NCBI GenBank assembly: GCA_045597125.1
Contig: JAZODR010000031.1
Span: 40,836 to 104,835, forward strand
DNA: 64,000 nucleotides
Direction: 5' to 3'
DNA from: Eubacteriales bacterium
GTDB taxonomy: Bacteria; Bacillota; Clostridia; Oscillospirales; SIG627
The first letter of the stretch is position 1; each line of letters starts with the position of its first letter. A program made the translations under genes and the position numbers. The notes below the pieces were generated by a model. It was given only the letters and a program-made list of their open reading frames with translations. It ran no database searches and was not told the origin of the DNA. Positions 48,814 through 58,184 of the stretch are shown piece by piece.

Positions 48814-48839
48814 TGATTGCCTGTTTTTTTAGGCAATCA
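48814..48839. terminator. bidirectional intrinsic terminator after the MecA-like gene
   Basis: 9-bp stem tgattgcct / aggcaatca with an 8-nt loop, an A-run upstream and a T-run downstream. Confidence 0.65.
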
Positions 48840-48857
48840 CATTTTTTTCTTTGTTTT

Positions 48858-49340
48858 CTATAATTTTCTTTGTTCCCAGTGCATTTTGCGACAATGGGAT
48901 TTTAGAAAGATACGAGAGGGTGCTTTTATTTTTTCTCCAAATTCAAAAAATAAAGGCGGTACCGCTTCTTCGGGGACTATGGCATAAAAAATTCCCTTTT
49001 TCTCTTCTCGCCACAAATCAGAGCCTATGGGAAGGTTGTTTTGGGACAAAGCCGTGTAAAGCGTATCAAAATCTGAGAAGCAAAAGCAAGTGTGTTTTTC
49101 CAGCTTGGTTACGAAAAGATCGCATCCGCCGCGGTTGGTGGGATAGAGCTGTATGTATATTTTTTCACCTTCGGTGTCGAAACCGGTTTCCTGTCTTGCT
49201 TTGTCAAATAGTTCCCAAATCACTCGTTTCCCCTGCGGAGAGTCGTAATCCAGTTCGTCCGCTGTCATAGAATAGGATTCCAAATCTTCCCGAGTCAACT
49301 GAATTCGGATTTCGTTGTTTCCTTCTCGATATAGCTTCAT
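48858..49340 (-). CDS. possible MecA-like adaptor protein (short form)
   Basis: The N-terminal pattern MKLYREGNNEIRIQLTREDLESYSM...IWELFDKARQETGFD..GEKIYIQLYP resembles the MecA N-domain. Weak call. Confidence 0.4.
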   Translation of the reverse strand: MKLYREGNNEIRIQLTREDLESYSMTADELDYDSPQGKRVIWELFDKARQETGFDTEGEKIYIQLYPTNRGGCDLFVTKLEKHTCFCFSDFDTLYTALSQNNLPIGSDLWREEKKGIFYAIVPEEAVPPLFFEFGEKIKAPSRIFLKSHCRKMHWEQRKL

Positions 49341-49473
49341 ATTCAGCGCCTCACTTTATTTCTTACTATTTCAGTATAAGCAAAAAAATCGTTTTGGCAA
49401 CCGAAAGTTTTTGGGATTCGAGTATCTTTTTCCCAATTGGAGGATAAAAATGCAATTGTTTTTCTTGAATTGA

Positions 49474-49502
49474 TTGACAAAAAGTTTGCGTTCCTTTAAA
49501 AT
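49474..49502 (+). promoter_or_regulatory. putative sigma-A promoter of the ABC/DUF1854-like/ABC operon
   Basis: TTGACA, a 17-nt spacer, then TAAAAT. Confidence 0.45.
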
Positions 49503-49540
49503 AATATGTGGAAAGAAACGATTGGAAAAGGAACGGAAAT

Positions 49541-51835
49541 ATGATTGAAAATCTTCCGGAAGAAGTCAAAACGGCTTTCCGAAATAAAGGAATTTTTACA
49601 AATGAAGCGCTTCTTTTTCTCAAAACCGATATGGGGCGGGAGGAGATGTATTGCGATGCCTATACCTTGGTTACCGAGGAGGGGATCGCTACTCTCTTTT
49701 GCCTTGATATTCTGAAAGAGAAAAAAGGTGCTTCTTTGTTTTCTCCCCAAAAAAGTGAAGCGGCTTTGCGAGAACTGGATTATAAATTTATTCCACTGGA
49801 TGAGGTGAAGGCGCTTAAGTGCGAGGAATTGATTTCCACCTTGCGCTTTGTCGCAGAGCGCACTGATGGGGGAGAGGAAGTTCTTTTCTATGCTACTGCC
49901 GCTTGCAGAAAAAAAATCTTCGCCTTAATTGAGAGATTTAATATTTTTCGGGAAAGCGGCCGATTGCCTGAGGAGGCGCGGGAACACGGAGAGGTTTGTC
50001 CCAAGTGCCACCGTCCCTATAATGATCCCGAGAAAAAGATTTGCAATCATTGCGTCAGTAAAACGGGCCTTGTTCGCAAACTTGTTCCTTTTTTCGTTCG
50101 GTATCGCATCCAAATTGCGTTGGTGTTTTTGACGGTTTTTCTTTCCTCAGCAGTGAGTGTGGTTACTCCGTATTTGAACAGCAAGGTTCTCTATGACGAA
50201 GTGCTTTCGCCAAACGGTTCTCTTTACGGACAGATTATGGGACTTGTGTTGTCCATTGCTCTTGCAGGGCTTCTGCGTGCTTTTATTACTACCATCAACG
50301 CAATCATCGGTGCCAAGGTATCTGCTTTTGTTTCTTGCGATTTGAAAAATACAATCTTTTCTTCTTTTGAGAGGCTATCTTATTCCTTCTTCACTTCTCG
50401 TCATACAGGAAGACTGATTACGCAAATCAATTCCGACGCAGAGACTTTGTACTGGTTTTTTTGCGACGGTGTACCGTATTTTCTAACCAATCTGATTCAG
50501 ATGGTGGGTATCACGATTGTAATGTTTTCCATTCATCTGCCATTGACGGTTCTGATACTGATTCCCATTCCCTTGATGTTTTCGGGATATTTGTTGGCAA
50601 TTCGTCTTTTTCGCCGCCTTCATGCCGAAAATCATACCCATCGCTCTCGCTTCAATAGTATCCTTTCCGATGTTTTGAGCGGTATGCGAATTGTGAAAGC
50701 ATTTTCCCGTGAACAGCAGGAGATCGAACGGTTCGACGATAAAAACCGCCGTCTTTCAGCATCTAAATTGGAGATTGACGTTAAGAACCATACCATCTTT
50801 CCGCTTCTCAATTTGGGAATTCGCGTGAGTACGTATCTTGTGTGGGGATTCGGCGGGTATTTTGTCCTTCGGGAACTGGCAAATCCCGGAAGCGGTATCA
50901 GCTACGGTGTATTGAATTTGTTCGTCAGCTACTTGACAATGCTTTATACACCGCTGAATTTCTTTGCTAATTTCCTTAGTCATATGGCAAACGGAATGAA
51001 TGCATTGCAGAGACTTTTCAGTATTATGGATGCCGATCCGGATGTAAAGGAAAAAGAAAATGCTGTTTCCCTTTCCCAAGTACGGGGTGAGGTGGTATTT
51101 GATCACGTGAACTTCTCTTATGTGCCGGGCAAAAAAACCATTCAGGATGTTTCCTTCCGGGTGGAAGCGGGAAAATCTTTGGGTATTGTGGGCCATACCG
51201 GCGCAGGAAAAAGTACTCTTGCCAATCTCCTGACCCGTTTGTATGATGTGGAATCGGGCTCGATCTCCATTGACGGTGTGGATGTGCGGGATATGACCAT
51301 CCAAACTTTGCGCGACCATATTGCCATCGTTTCTCAGGAGACCTACATCTTTCGAGGCAGTATTATGGATAATATCCGTTATGCCGTGCCTAGTGCTACT
51401 CAGGAGGAGGTACTTGCCGCCTCCCGTGCTGCAGGCTGTCATGATTTTATTATGTCCTTCCCTGATGGGTACGATACTTTTGTGGGCTCGGATAAAAAAT
51501 CCCTTTCGGGCGGGGAAAAGCAAAGAATTTCCATTGCCCGTGCGATTTTGAAAGATCCTGCTATTTTGATTTTGGATGAAGCCACTGCCGCAATGGATAC
51601 CAAAACTGAGCGAAAAATTCAGGAGGCTTTGCGGGTTATTTCCAAGAATCGTACCACCATTACCATTGCCCATCGACTTTCCACTTTGCGCGATGCGGAT
51701 CATCTTGTCGTTATTGAAGAGGGAAAAATGGCGGAGACGGGTACACACCAACAGCTTTTGGCGCACGACGGTGTGTATAAGAAGCTTTATACGCTGCAAA
51801 TGGAAGCCTTGAAAACCATAGGTATTGAAGAATAG
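49541..51835 (+). CDS. ABC exporter (fused TMD-NBD, type I) with an N-terminal soluble domain plus zinc ribbon
   Basis: The zinc ribbon is CPKCHRPYNDPEKKICNHC (49997-50053). Six TMs follow, then Walker A GHTGAGKST, signature LSGGEKQR and Walker B ILILDEAT. Confidence 0.85.
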   Translation: MIENLPEEVKTAFRNKGIFTNEALLFLKTDMGREEMYCDAYTLVTEEGIATLFCLDILKEKKGASLFSPQKSEAALRELDYKFIPLDEVKALKCEELISTLRFVAERTDGGEEVLFYATAACRKKIFALIERFNIFRESGRLPEEAREHGEVCPKCHRPYNDPEKKICNHCVSKTGLVRKLVPFFVRYRIQIALVFLTVFLSSAVSVVTPYLNSKVLYDEVLSPNGSLYGQIMGLVLSIALAGLLRAFITTINAIIGAKVSAFVSCDLKNTIFSSFERLSYSFFTSRHTGRLITQINSDAETLYWFFCDGVPYFLTNLIQMVGITIVMFSIHLPLTVLILIPIPLMFSGYLLAIRLFRRLHAENHTHRSRFNSILSDVLSGMRIVKAFSREQQEIERFDDKNRRLSASKLEIDVKNHTIFPLLNLGIRVSTYLVWGFGGYFVLRELANPGSGISYGVLNLFVSYLTMLYTPLNFFANFLSHMANGMNALQRLFSIMDADPDVKEKENAVSLSQVRGEVVFDHVNFSYVPGKKTIQDVSFRVEAGKSLGIVGHTGAGKSTLANLLTRLYDVESGSISIDGVDVRDMTIQTLRDHIAIVSQETYIFRGSIMDNIRYAVPSATQEEVLAASRAAGCHDFIMSFPDGYDTFVGSDKKSLSGGEKQRISIARAILKDPAILILDEATAAMDTKTERKIQEALRVISKNRTTITIAHRLSTLRDADHLVVIEEGKMAETGTHQQLLAHDGVYKKLYTLQMEALKTIGIEE

Positions 51836-51843
51836 GAGATAGT

Positions 51844-52356
51844 ATGATACAAGGATTGGAACAAATTAGTGATTCCTTTATGATCAAACGTGACAATACC
51901 GAATTTTTTCTTTCATCTACGGGGCTTTTGATGGTAAAAATTCCATCAAAGGACTATGAGGGAAGAGCGTTTCTCGCCCTTGCGTTTCCCTTTGAGACCG
52001 AAGAGGAGTATATTTGTGTGCAAAACCAGGAGGGGGAAGAGCTTGGTATGATTCGCTCTCTGGCCCTTTTGACGGAGGAAGCGAAAGAACTTTGTCGCTT
52101 GGAGCTGAAGAAGAAATATTTCGCGCCGAAGATTCAAAAAATCGTAAAACTTACCGAGCGATTCGGAGCTTCTTATTGGGACTGTGAGACGGATTACGGC
52201 TTGAAAAAATTTACGGTAAAGGACCCCCATCGAAGCATTTTGCGCTTGGGTGACGACCGTGCCTTCGTAGTGGATGTGGACGGATGCCGATATGAGATCG
52301 AAAGCCTGAAGGGAATGGATCAAAAAAGCCATTCCAAAATCGAATTATATCTGTAA
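51844..52356 (+). CDS. small soluble protein, DUF1854-like (recalled association with paired ABC exporters)
   Basis: 170 aa with no TM. Its AGGAG Shine-Dalgarno overlaps the stop codon of the upstream ABC gene. The family assignment is from memory only. Confidence 0.55.
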   Translation: MIQGLEQISDSFMIKRDNTEFFLSSTGLLMVKIPSKDYEGRAFLALAFPFETEEEYICVQNQEGEELGMIRSLALLTEEAKELCRLELKKKYFAPKIQKIVKLTERFGASYWDCETDYGLKKFTVKDPHRSILRLGDDRAFVVDVDGCRYEIESLKGMDQKSHSKIELYL

Positions 52357-52370
52357 TTGGGGAGAAAGAA

Positions 52371-54602
52371 TTGGATAACCGAATGTTGAAGGAAGATGTG
52401 CGCTTGGCGCGTGATTACGGTGATCGCGCGGTCTTTCGTCTTTCTTCCAATTTGAACCCGAAAGGGGAAGGGGAAGATTTTCTTCTTCTTTTTGGCACAA
52501 AAGGGATTTATGTCTTTGGTGTCAAAACAGGTGCTTGTACCCCTTATTTGTTTGAGCATATGAGCAATGTCCGTTATGAAAGCTTCGTAGGCGGTGGTGT
52601 TTGCCTTGTGCTGTATCAGGGGGAGTGGGTAGAGCTTTGTCGCGTTTTTGGTTCGGAAAAAGAAAATCTTTCTCAGCTGACCCGTATTCTCAAAGAGGTA
52701 TTGGATGGCGTTTTAAAGCCTGAAAAAGCCCATTTTACGGAGCGTCACACCGTTTGTCCCAAATGTCGCAGACCTTTGGGAAAGGGGAGTCAGCTTTGCC
52801 CCCGTTGCTCGGATAAAAAAAGCTCTTTTAAGCAGCTTTTGCAGCTTCTTCGAGGCCAGTACGGCTGGATTATTTTTTCAATGATTTTGTTTTTTGTACA
52901 TTCATTTTTAAATGTACTTTTGCCTATGATTCAGGGCAATTTCGTGGATCATTATCTGAATATCAAAAACCCCGCATCTCTACTCAACGATTATGCTCCC
53001 GCGATTCTTGTAGTGCTTTCTATGGTGGCAGTTCGGGTTTTATCGGTGCTTTCAACCGTTTGGCGCAATGTGATTTTGTCTAAGATCTCTACTAAAACCG
53101 TTGTAAAACTGCGCCGCAAACTGTATGAAAAAATACAGTCACTGTCTGTGGCGGGAATCTCCCGTCACACGGCGGGGGATCTGATGAACCGCGTTTCGGG
53201 GGATACCAATATTATTGCTCAGTTTATGACCAATTTTTTGCCTTCGATTCTGGAACAGCTTTTTGTTTTGATTTTTGTGGGAGCGATTCTTTTTTCCTAT
53301 TCCGCGAAAATGGCTCTGATGATTTTGATTCCCACTCCGTTTGTGGCGGTTTTGTTCCGTATCGTCTGGCGCAAGACCCATCGTCTGTATCGGCGTCATT
53401 GGGTGGAGAATTCCAAAGCCAATACCGTCTTGCATGATGTCTTCCAGGGTGTTCGCGTGGTGAAGGTGTTCGGTACGGAAAAAAATGAAATTGAAAAATA
53501 CGATAAAGCCATTCGTTCTCAGCGTGATATTGCCGTGCGCAACGAAATTGCTTGGGCAAAATTGGTTCCCTATGCGGAATATCTGATTCAGATGGGCAAT
53601 TTTATTTTGCTATATTACGCAGGAAATGAGATACTGCATGAAAATATGACCATCGGTCAGCTGACCATGTTTTCCTCCTTCGTTAGCTTGATTTATACGC
53701 CTCTTCGTTCTATGGCAAATTATCCTCGACGGATTCAGCAAGCGGCAACTGCCGTGGCAAAGGTTTACGAGGTACTGGATGAAGAACCTGACGTAGCGGA
53801 TCGTAAGGATGCAGAGGAGGTTAAGATCTGCGGTCAAATCGACATTGATGGCATTTGGTTCGGCTACAACGAAAATGAAAACGTTTTGGAGAATGTTTCC
53901 GTATCCGTTTCTCCCGGGGAAATGCTTGGCATCGTGGGACGAAGCGGTGTGGGAAAGAGCACTTTGATCAATCTTGTGATGCGTCTGTACGATGTACAAC
54001 GGGGAGCGATTCGCATAGATGGCAAGGACGTGCGGGATATTTCTCAGCATTCTCTCCGTTCTCAGATTGGTGTTGTTTTGCAAGAAACCTTTTTGTTTGC
54101 AGGTTCCATTTATGAAAATCTTGCTTATGCCAAGCCCGATGCTACCTATGAAGAAGTAATTTCGGCGGCAAAGCTTGGCGGTGCCCATTCCTTTATTATG
54201 AAGCTTCCCGATGGGTATGATACCGTGGTAGGGGAGAGGGGTTACACCCTTTCCGGCGGTGAGCGTCAGAGAATTGCCATTGCCCGCGCCATTCTTCATG
54301 ACCCTAAAATTCTGATTCTGGATGAGGCTACCTCCGCGCTGGATACGGAAACGGAAAAGCAGATACAGGAATCCTTGGCATATCTTTGTAAGGACCGTAC
54401 CACCATTGCCATTGCGCACCGTCTTTCCACTTTGCGCAACGCTACTAAACTTTTAGTTTTGGATAAAAAGACAGTAGCGGAGATTGGAACTCATGAGGAG
54501 CTGATGGAAAAGGAGAACGGCATCTACAAATCTCTTGTAATCGCGCAACGGGAAATGTCCCGTGTGAAAAAGCCGGTTTCTGCAGAAGAAACCAAGAATT
54601 GA
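52371..54602 (+). CDS. ABC exporter (fused TMD-NBD) with an N-terminal soluble domain plus zinc ribbon
   Basis: The zinc ribbon is CPKCRRPLGKGSQLCPRC (52755-52808). Walker A is GRSGVGKST, with LSGGERQR and ILILDEAT. The TTG at 52371 is 6 nt after GGGGAG; an alternative ATG is at 52383. Confidence 0.85.
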   Translation: MDNRMLKEDVRLARDYGDRAVFRLSSNLNPKGEGEDFLLLFGTKGIYVFGVKTGACTPYLFEHMSNVRYESFVGGGVCLVLYQGEWVELCRVFGSEKENLSQLTRILKEVLDGVLKPEKAHFTERHTVCPKCRRPLGKGSQLCPRCSDKKSSFKQLLQLLRGQYGWIIFSMILFFVHSFLNVLLPMIQGNFVDHYLNIKNPASLLNDYAPAILVVLSMVAVRVLSVLSTVWRNVILSKISTKTVVKLRRKLYEKIQSLSVAGISRHTAGDLMNRVSGDTNIIAQFMTNFLPSILEQLFVLIFVGAILFSYSAKMALMILIPTPFVAVLFRIVWRKTHRLYRRHWVENSKANTVLHDVFQGVRVVKVFGTEKNEIEKYDKAIRSQRDIAVRNEIAWAKLVPYAEYLIQMGNFILLYYAGNEILHENMTIGQLTMFSSFVSLIYTPLRSMANYPRRIQQAATAVAKVYEVLDEEPDVADRKDAEEVKICGQIDIDGIWFGYNENENVLENVSVSVSPGEMLGIVGRSGVGKSTLINLVMRLYDVQRGAIRIDGKDVRDISQHSLRSQIGVVLQETFLFAGSIYENLAYAKPDATYEEVISAAKLGGAHSFIMKLPDGYDTVVGERGYTLSGGERQRIAIARAILHDPKILILDEATSALDTETEKQIQESLAYLCKDRTTIAIAHRLSTLRNATKLLVLDKKTVAEIGTHEELMEKENGIYKSLVIAQREMSRVKKPVSAEETKN

Positions 54603-54626
54603 CAAGATTTGCTTTTTGTGTATAAT
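54599..54626 (+). promoter_or_regulatory. putative sigma-A promoter of glyQS
   Basis: TTGACA, a 16-nt spacer, then TATAAT. The -35 box overlaps the TGA of the upstream ABC gene. Confidence 0.55.
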
Positions 54627-54677
54627 AAATACAAGTTTCACCCGATTTCCAGTCGGGAAAGAAAGAGAGGAAAAAGA

Positions 54678-56069
54678 ATGAAAAATACAGAAAAAACCAT
54701 GGATAAAATCGTAGCTCTTTGCAAGGGCAGAGGTTTTGTATATCCCGGCAGTGAAATTTACGGAGGTCTTGCCAATTCTTGGGATTACGGTCCTTTGGGT
54801 GTTGAATTGAAGAACAACGTAAAAAGAGCTTGGTGGAAAAAGTTTGTTCAGGAGAGCCCTTACAACGTAGGGCTTGATAGTGCGATTCTGATGAATCCCC
54901 AGACCTGGGTGGCATCCGGTCACGTAGGTGGCTTTTCCGACCCTTTGATGGACTGTAAGGTGTGTAAGACCCGTCATAGAGCAGACAAATTGGTTGAAGA
55001 TTATATCGCCGAGCAGGGATTGGATATCAATCCCAATGGCTGGGATAACAATAAATTGGCAGACTTTATTAAGGAAAACCATATTTCTTGCCCCTCCTGC
55101 GGTTCTGCTGACTTTACTGATATCCGTAAGTTTAATCTGATGTTTAAGACCTTTCAGGGTGTAACTGAGGATTCTTCCTCGGAGCTTTATCTCCGTCCCG
55201 AGACCGCGCAGGGTATTTTTGTCAACTTCAAGCATATTCAGCGCACCACCAGAAAGAAGGTTCCTTTTGGTGTAGGACAGATTGGTAAGTCTTTCCGTAA
55301 CGAGATCACTCCCGGTAATTTTATTTTCCGTATCCGCGAATTTGAACAGATGGAACTGGAGTTTTTCTGTAAGCCCGGTACCGATTTGGAGTGGTTTGAA
55401 TATTGGAGAAGCTACTGTGCCAAGTTCCTGTACGATTTGGGCATCGCTGAGGAAAATCTCCGTCTGCGCGACCATGATAAGGATGAGCTTAGCTTCTATT
55501 CGAAGGCAACTACCGACTTTGAATTTATGTTCCCCTTTGGGTGGGGCGAGCTTTGGGGCATTGCTGATAGAACCGACTATGACCTAACCCAGCACGCCAA
55601 TCATTCCGGCGAGCCGATGGAATACTTTGATCCCGAATCCGGCGAAAAGTACGTTCCTTACGTTATTGAGCCTTCTTTGGGTGCAGACCGTATCACTCTT
55701 GCCTTCCTTTGCGAAGCTTACGACGAAGAGGTTGTTGGTGAAAATGATACCCGTGTGGTAATGCACTTCCATCCCGCTCTGGCTCCTGTAAAGGCGGCGA
55801 TTCTTCCTCTTTCCAAGAAGCTTTCCGATAAGGCTCGTGAGCTTTATGCCCAGCTTGCCGCTGAGTTCAATGTAGAGTTTGACGAAGCAGGCTCCATTGG
55901 TAAGCGTTACCGCCGTCAGGACGAGATTGGTACTCCTTTCTGTATCACCTACGACTTTGATACCGAAAATGACGGATGCGTTACCGTTCGCGACCGTGAT
56001 TCTATGGAGCAGGTTCGTATTCCTCTTGCTGAAGTAACTTCTTACATTGCCGAAAGAATCAAGTTTTAA
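54678..56069 (+). CDS. glyQS: glycine--tRNA ligase (dimeric GlyQS type)
   Basis: [48 protein letters not shown] and the class II motifs are present. Confidence 0.95.
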   Translation: MKNTEKTMDKIVALCKGRGFVYPGSEIYGGLANSWDYGPLGVELKNNVKRAWWKKFVQESPYNVGLDSAILMNPQTWVASGHVGGFSDPLMDCKVCKTRHRADKLVEDYIAEQGLDINPNGWDNNKLADFIKENHISCPSCGSADFTDIRKFNLMFKTFQGVTEDSSSELYLRPETAQGIFVNFKHIQRTTRKKVPFGVGQIGKSFRNEITPGNFIFRIREFEQMELEFFCKPGTDLEWFEYWRSYCAKFLYDLGIAEENLRLRDHDKDELSFYSKATTDFEFMFPFGWGELWGIADRTDYDLTQHANHSGEPMEYFDPESGEKYVPYVIEPSLGADRITLAFLCEAYDEEVVGENDTRVVMHFHPALAPVKAAILPLSKKLSDKARELYAQLAAEFNVEFDEAGSIGKRYRRQDEIGTPFCITYDFDTENDGCVTVRDRDSMEQVRIPLAEVTSYIAERIKF

Positions 56070-56072
56070 TTC

Positions 56073-56108
56073 AAAAAGGCTTGACAGAAATTTCTGTCAA
56101 GCCTTTTT
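56073..56108. terminator. bidirectional intrinsic terminator
   Basis: 36-nt perfect palindrome aaaaaggcttgacagaaa / tttctgtcaagccttttt between convergent genes. Confidence 0.87.
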
Positions 56109-56615
56109 TTAGGTAGGATCGAGAAACAGTCCGATTTTCGGTGGGAAAAAGGTAAAAATTCCAAAGAGCAATGCAATGATGCAAAGCAGTGTCGAGGAAA
56201 GCGCGGGGGATAAGCAAGAGGTGCTTTCTTTTTTGTATTGTTTCGTTTGATACCGATAGGCGAAAAATGCCGTAATAAAGAAAATGGCAATATTGATCCA
56301 GTCCGGGGATTTTCCGATGGCTCCGTTGTAGGTGTAGAAAAGAACGGGGATGAGAAGCTGCCCCAGTAAAATGCTGCGTAACTGGATACACCAGAAATCC
56401 TGCCGTTCTCCAAAAAAGAAATATTGTACCACTGAAAAAATCAGCATCGGAACAAATAAAAGCTTCATGTGCTCCCATGTAGATTCATTGACTCCCGAAA
56501 TGACAGCCGCCCAAAGCTTTCCACCGCTCAGATTATATAAAAAATGTAAAAAAGTCCCTAAAACACTTGTAAAGGCAAATCCGCCCAATCCCCAAAGAAA
56601 ATTTTCTTTTTTCAT
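56109..56615 (-). CDS. small polytopic membrane protein of unknown function (DUF6512-like, from memory)
   Basis: About 5 TM helices. FLHFLYNLSGG...NESTWEHMKLLF. A GAGGT Shine-Dalgarno precedes the ATG at 56615. Confidence 0.5.
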   Translation of the reverse strand: MKKENFLWGLGGFAFTSVLGTFLHFLYNLSGGKLWAAVISGVNESTWEHMKLLFVPMLIFSVVQYFFFGERQDFWCIQLRSILLGQLLIPVLFYTYNGAIGKSPDWINIAIFFITAFFAYRYQTKQYKKESTSCLSPALSSTLLCIIALLFGIFTFFPPKIGLFLDPT

Positions 56616-56794
56616 AGAATACCTCGCTTTTTTGTGCAAGAAAAGTGTATTTCAAATTGCGCAATTTTATACCATTTAATTCTAAAAGTGCATTGATGAA
56701 AATATTATGGGAGTGCAAGGAATCGTATTGATATACCGTCCTGAATCGTGGTAAAAAAAGAACGAATTTTATCAATTCTTTGGTTAAAATACCA

Positions 56795-56823
56795 TTGACT
56801 TCGGGAGAGCCGAGGTGTATAAT
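56795..56823 (+). promoter_or_regulatory. putative sigma-A promoter of the CPA2/SulP pair
   Basis: TTGACT, a 17-nt spacer, then TATAAT. Confidence 0.6.
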
Positions 56824-56866
56824 ATTCCAGTTTGCAAAAATAAAAGATATAAAGAAGGCGAATAAA

Positions 56867-58174
56867 ATGAATACGTTACTTACCGTTTCCGTTGCGCTTC
56901 TTGCAGGTCTTTTGATGACCCGTTTGTTCAAGAAATTCAAATTGCCTGCTGTTACCGCATATCTGATTGCAGGAGTCCTGATCGGTCCCTACTGCTTGGG
57001 AGCGATTGGAATCAACGGACTTGGCTTTTCATCTCATGAAGCCGTTTCCGCTTTGGGATTGGTTTCCGAGGTCGCTCTTGGCTTTATTGCCTTTTCCATC
57101 GGAAATGAATTCCGCTTGGATGATTTGAAAAAAACAGGCAAGCAGGCGCTTGTTATCGGTATTTTGCAGGCTGTTGCCGCAATGCTTTTTGTAGATCTTG
57201 CCTTAATTGCGGTGCATTTTATGATGCCCGATAAACTCTCTTTGGCGCAGGCTTTGACCTTGGGTGCTATTGCAACTGCAACCGCTCCCGCCGCAACGCT
57301 GATGGTCGTACGGCAGTATAAGGCAAAAGGTCCTTTAACCAAACTTCTTCTGCCTATCGTGGCTTTGGATGATGCCGTTGGTCTGATTGCTTTTGCCGTT
57401 TCCTTTGGCGTTGCAAAAACCCTGGTCAGCGGTAATTTGGATCTGATTTCCATTTTTGTCAATCCCTTTGTGGAAATCATTGCATCCCTCGTTCTTGGCG
57501 CGGTGATGGGTTGGCTATTGACTTGCCTTGAAAAATTGTTCAATTCCAATACCAACCGTTTGAATCTGACGATTGGTGTGGTATTTCTGACCGCTTCTCT
57601 TTCCGGTCTGCACTTTGAATTGGGTCCTGTGTCCGTGCATTTTTCTTCTCTTCTGGCTTGTATGATGCTGGGAACGGTTTTCTGCAATATCTGCCCTCTT
57701 TCCGAAGATTTGATGGAGCGTTCCGATAAGTGGACTTCTCCTTTGTTCGCCCTCTTTTTCGTGATCAGTGGCGCCGAGCTTCAACTGGACGTATTCCTTG
57801 ATTTTTCCATTGTATTTATTGGCGTTATTTACATTTTGTTCCGTTCCGCGGGTAAGTATTTTGGTACGATGGGCAGCGCAAAAATGACCAAGTGTACTCC
57901 TCAGATTTGCAAGTATTTAGGCATTACTCTCTTGCCGCAGGCGGGTGTTGCCTTGGGTATGTGCGCTACGGCAATGCAGCTTGGCGAACAGGGAAATCTC
58001 ATTCGTAATATTACCCTTTTTGCAGTGTTGATTTATGAGCTTGTAGGTCCTGTCTTTACTCGTATGGCTTTGCAGGCTGCCGGTGAAATCAAGCCTATGT
58101 CCGACGAGGTTAAGCATCGCCGTCATCACAAGCTGAAGGCTTTGGAAACAACCGCAAAGACCGAGAGTAAATAG
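56867..58174 (+). CDS. cation:proton antiporter (CPA2/Kef-type membrane domain only)
   Basis: The N-terminus is LLAGLLMTRLFKKFKLPAVTAYLIAGVLIGP. There are about 12 TMs and no C-terminal RCK/KTN domain. Confidence 0.82.
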   Translation: MNTLLTVSVALLAGLLMTRLFKKFKLPAVTAYLIAGVLIGPYCLGAIGINGLGFSSHEAVSALGLVSEVALGFIAFSIGNEFRLDDLKKTGKQALVIGILQAVAAMLFVDLALIAVHFMMPDKLSLAQALTLGAIATATAPAATLMVVRQYKAKGPLTKLLLPIVALDDAVGLIAFAVSFGVAKTLVSGNLDLISIFVNPFVEIIASLVLGAVMGWLLTCLEKLFNSNTNRLNLTIGVVFLTASLSGLHFELGPVSVHFSSLLACMMLGTVFCNICPLSEDLMERSDKWTSPLFALFFVISGAELQLDVFLDFSIVFIGVIYILFRSAGKYFGTMGSAKMTKCTPQICKYLGITLLPQAGVALGMCATAMQLGEQGNLIRNITLFAVLIYELVGPVFTRMALQAAGEIKPMSDEVKHRRHHKLKALETTAKTESK

Positions 58175-58184
58175 GAAGGAAAAT

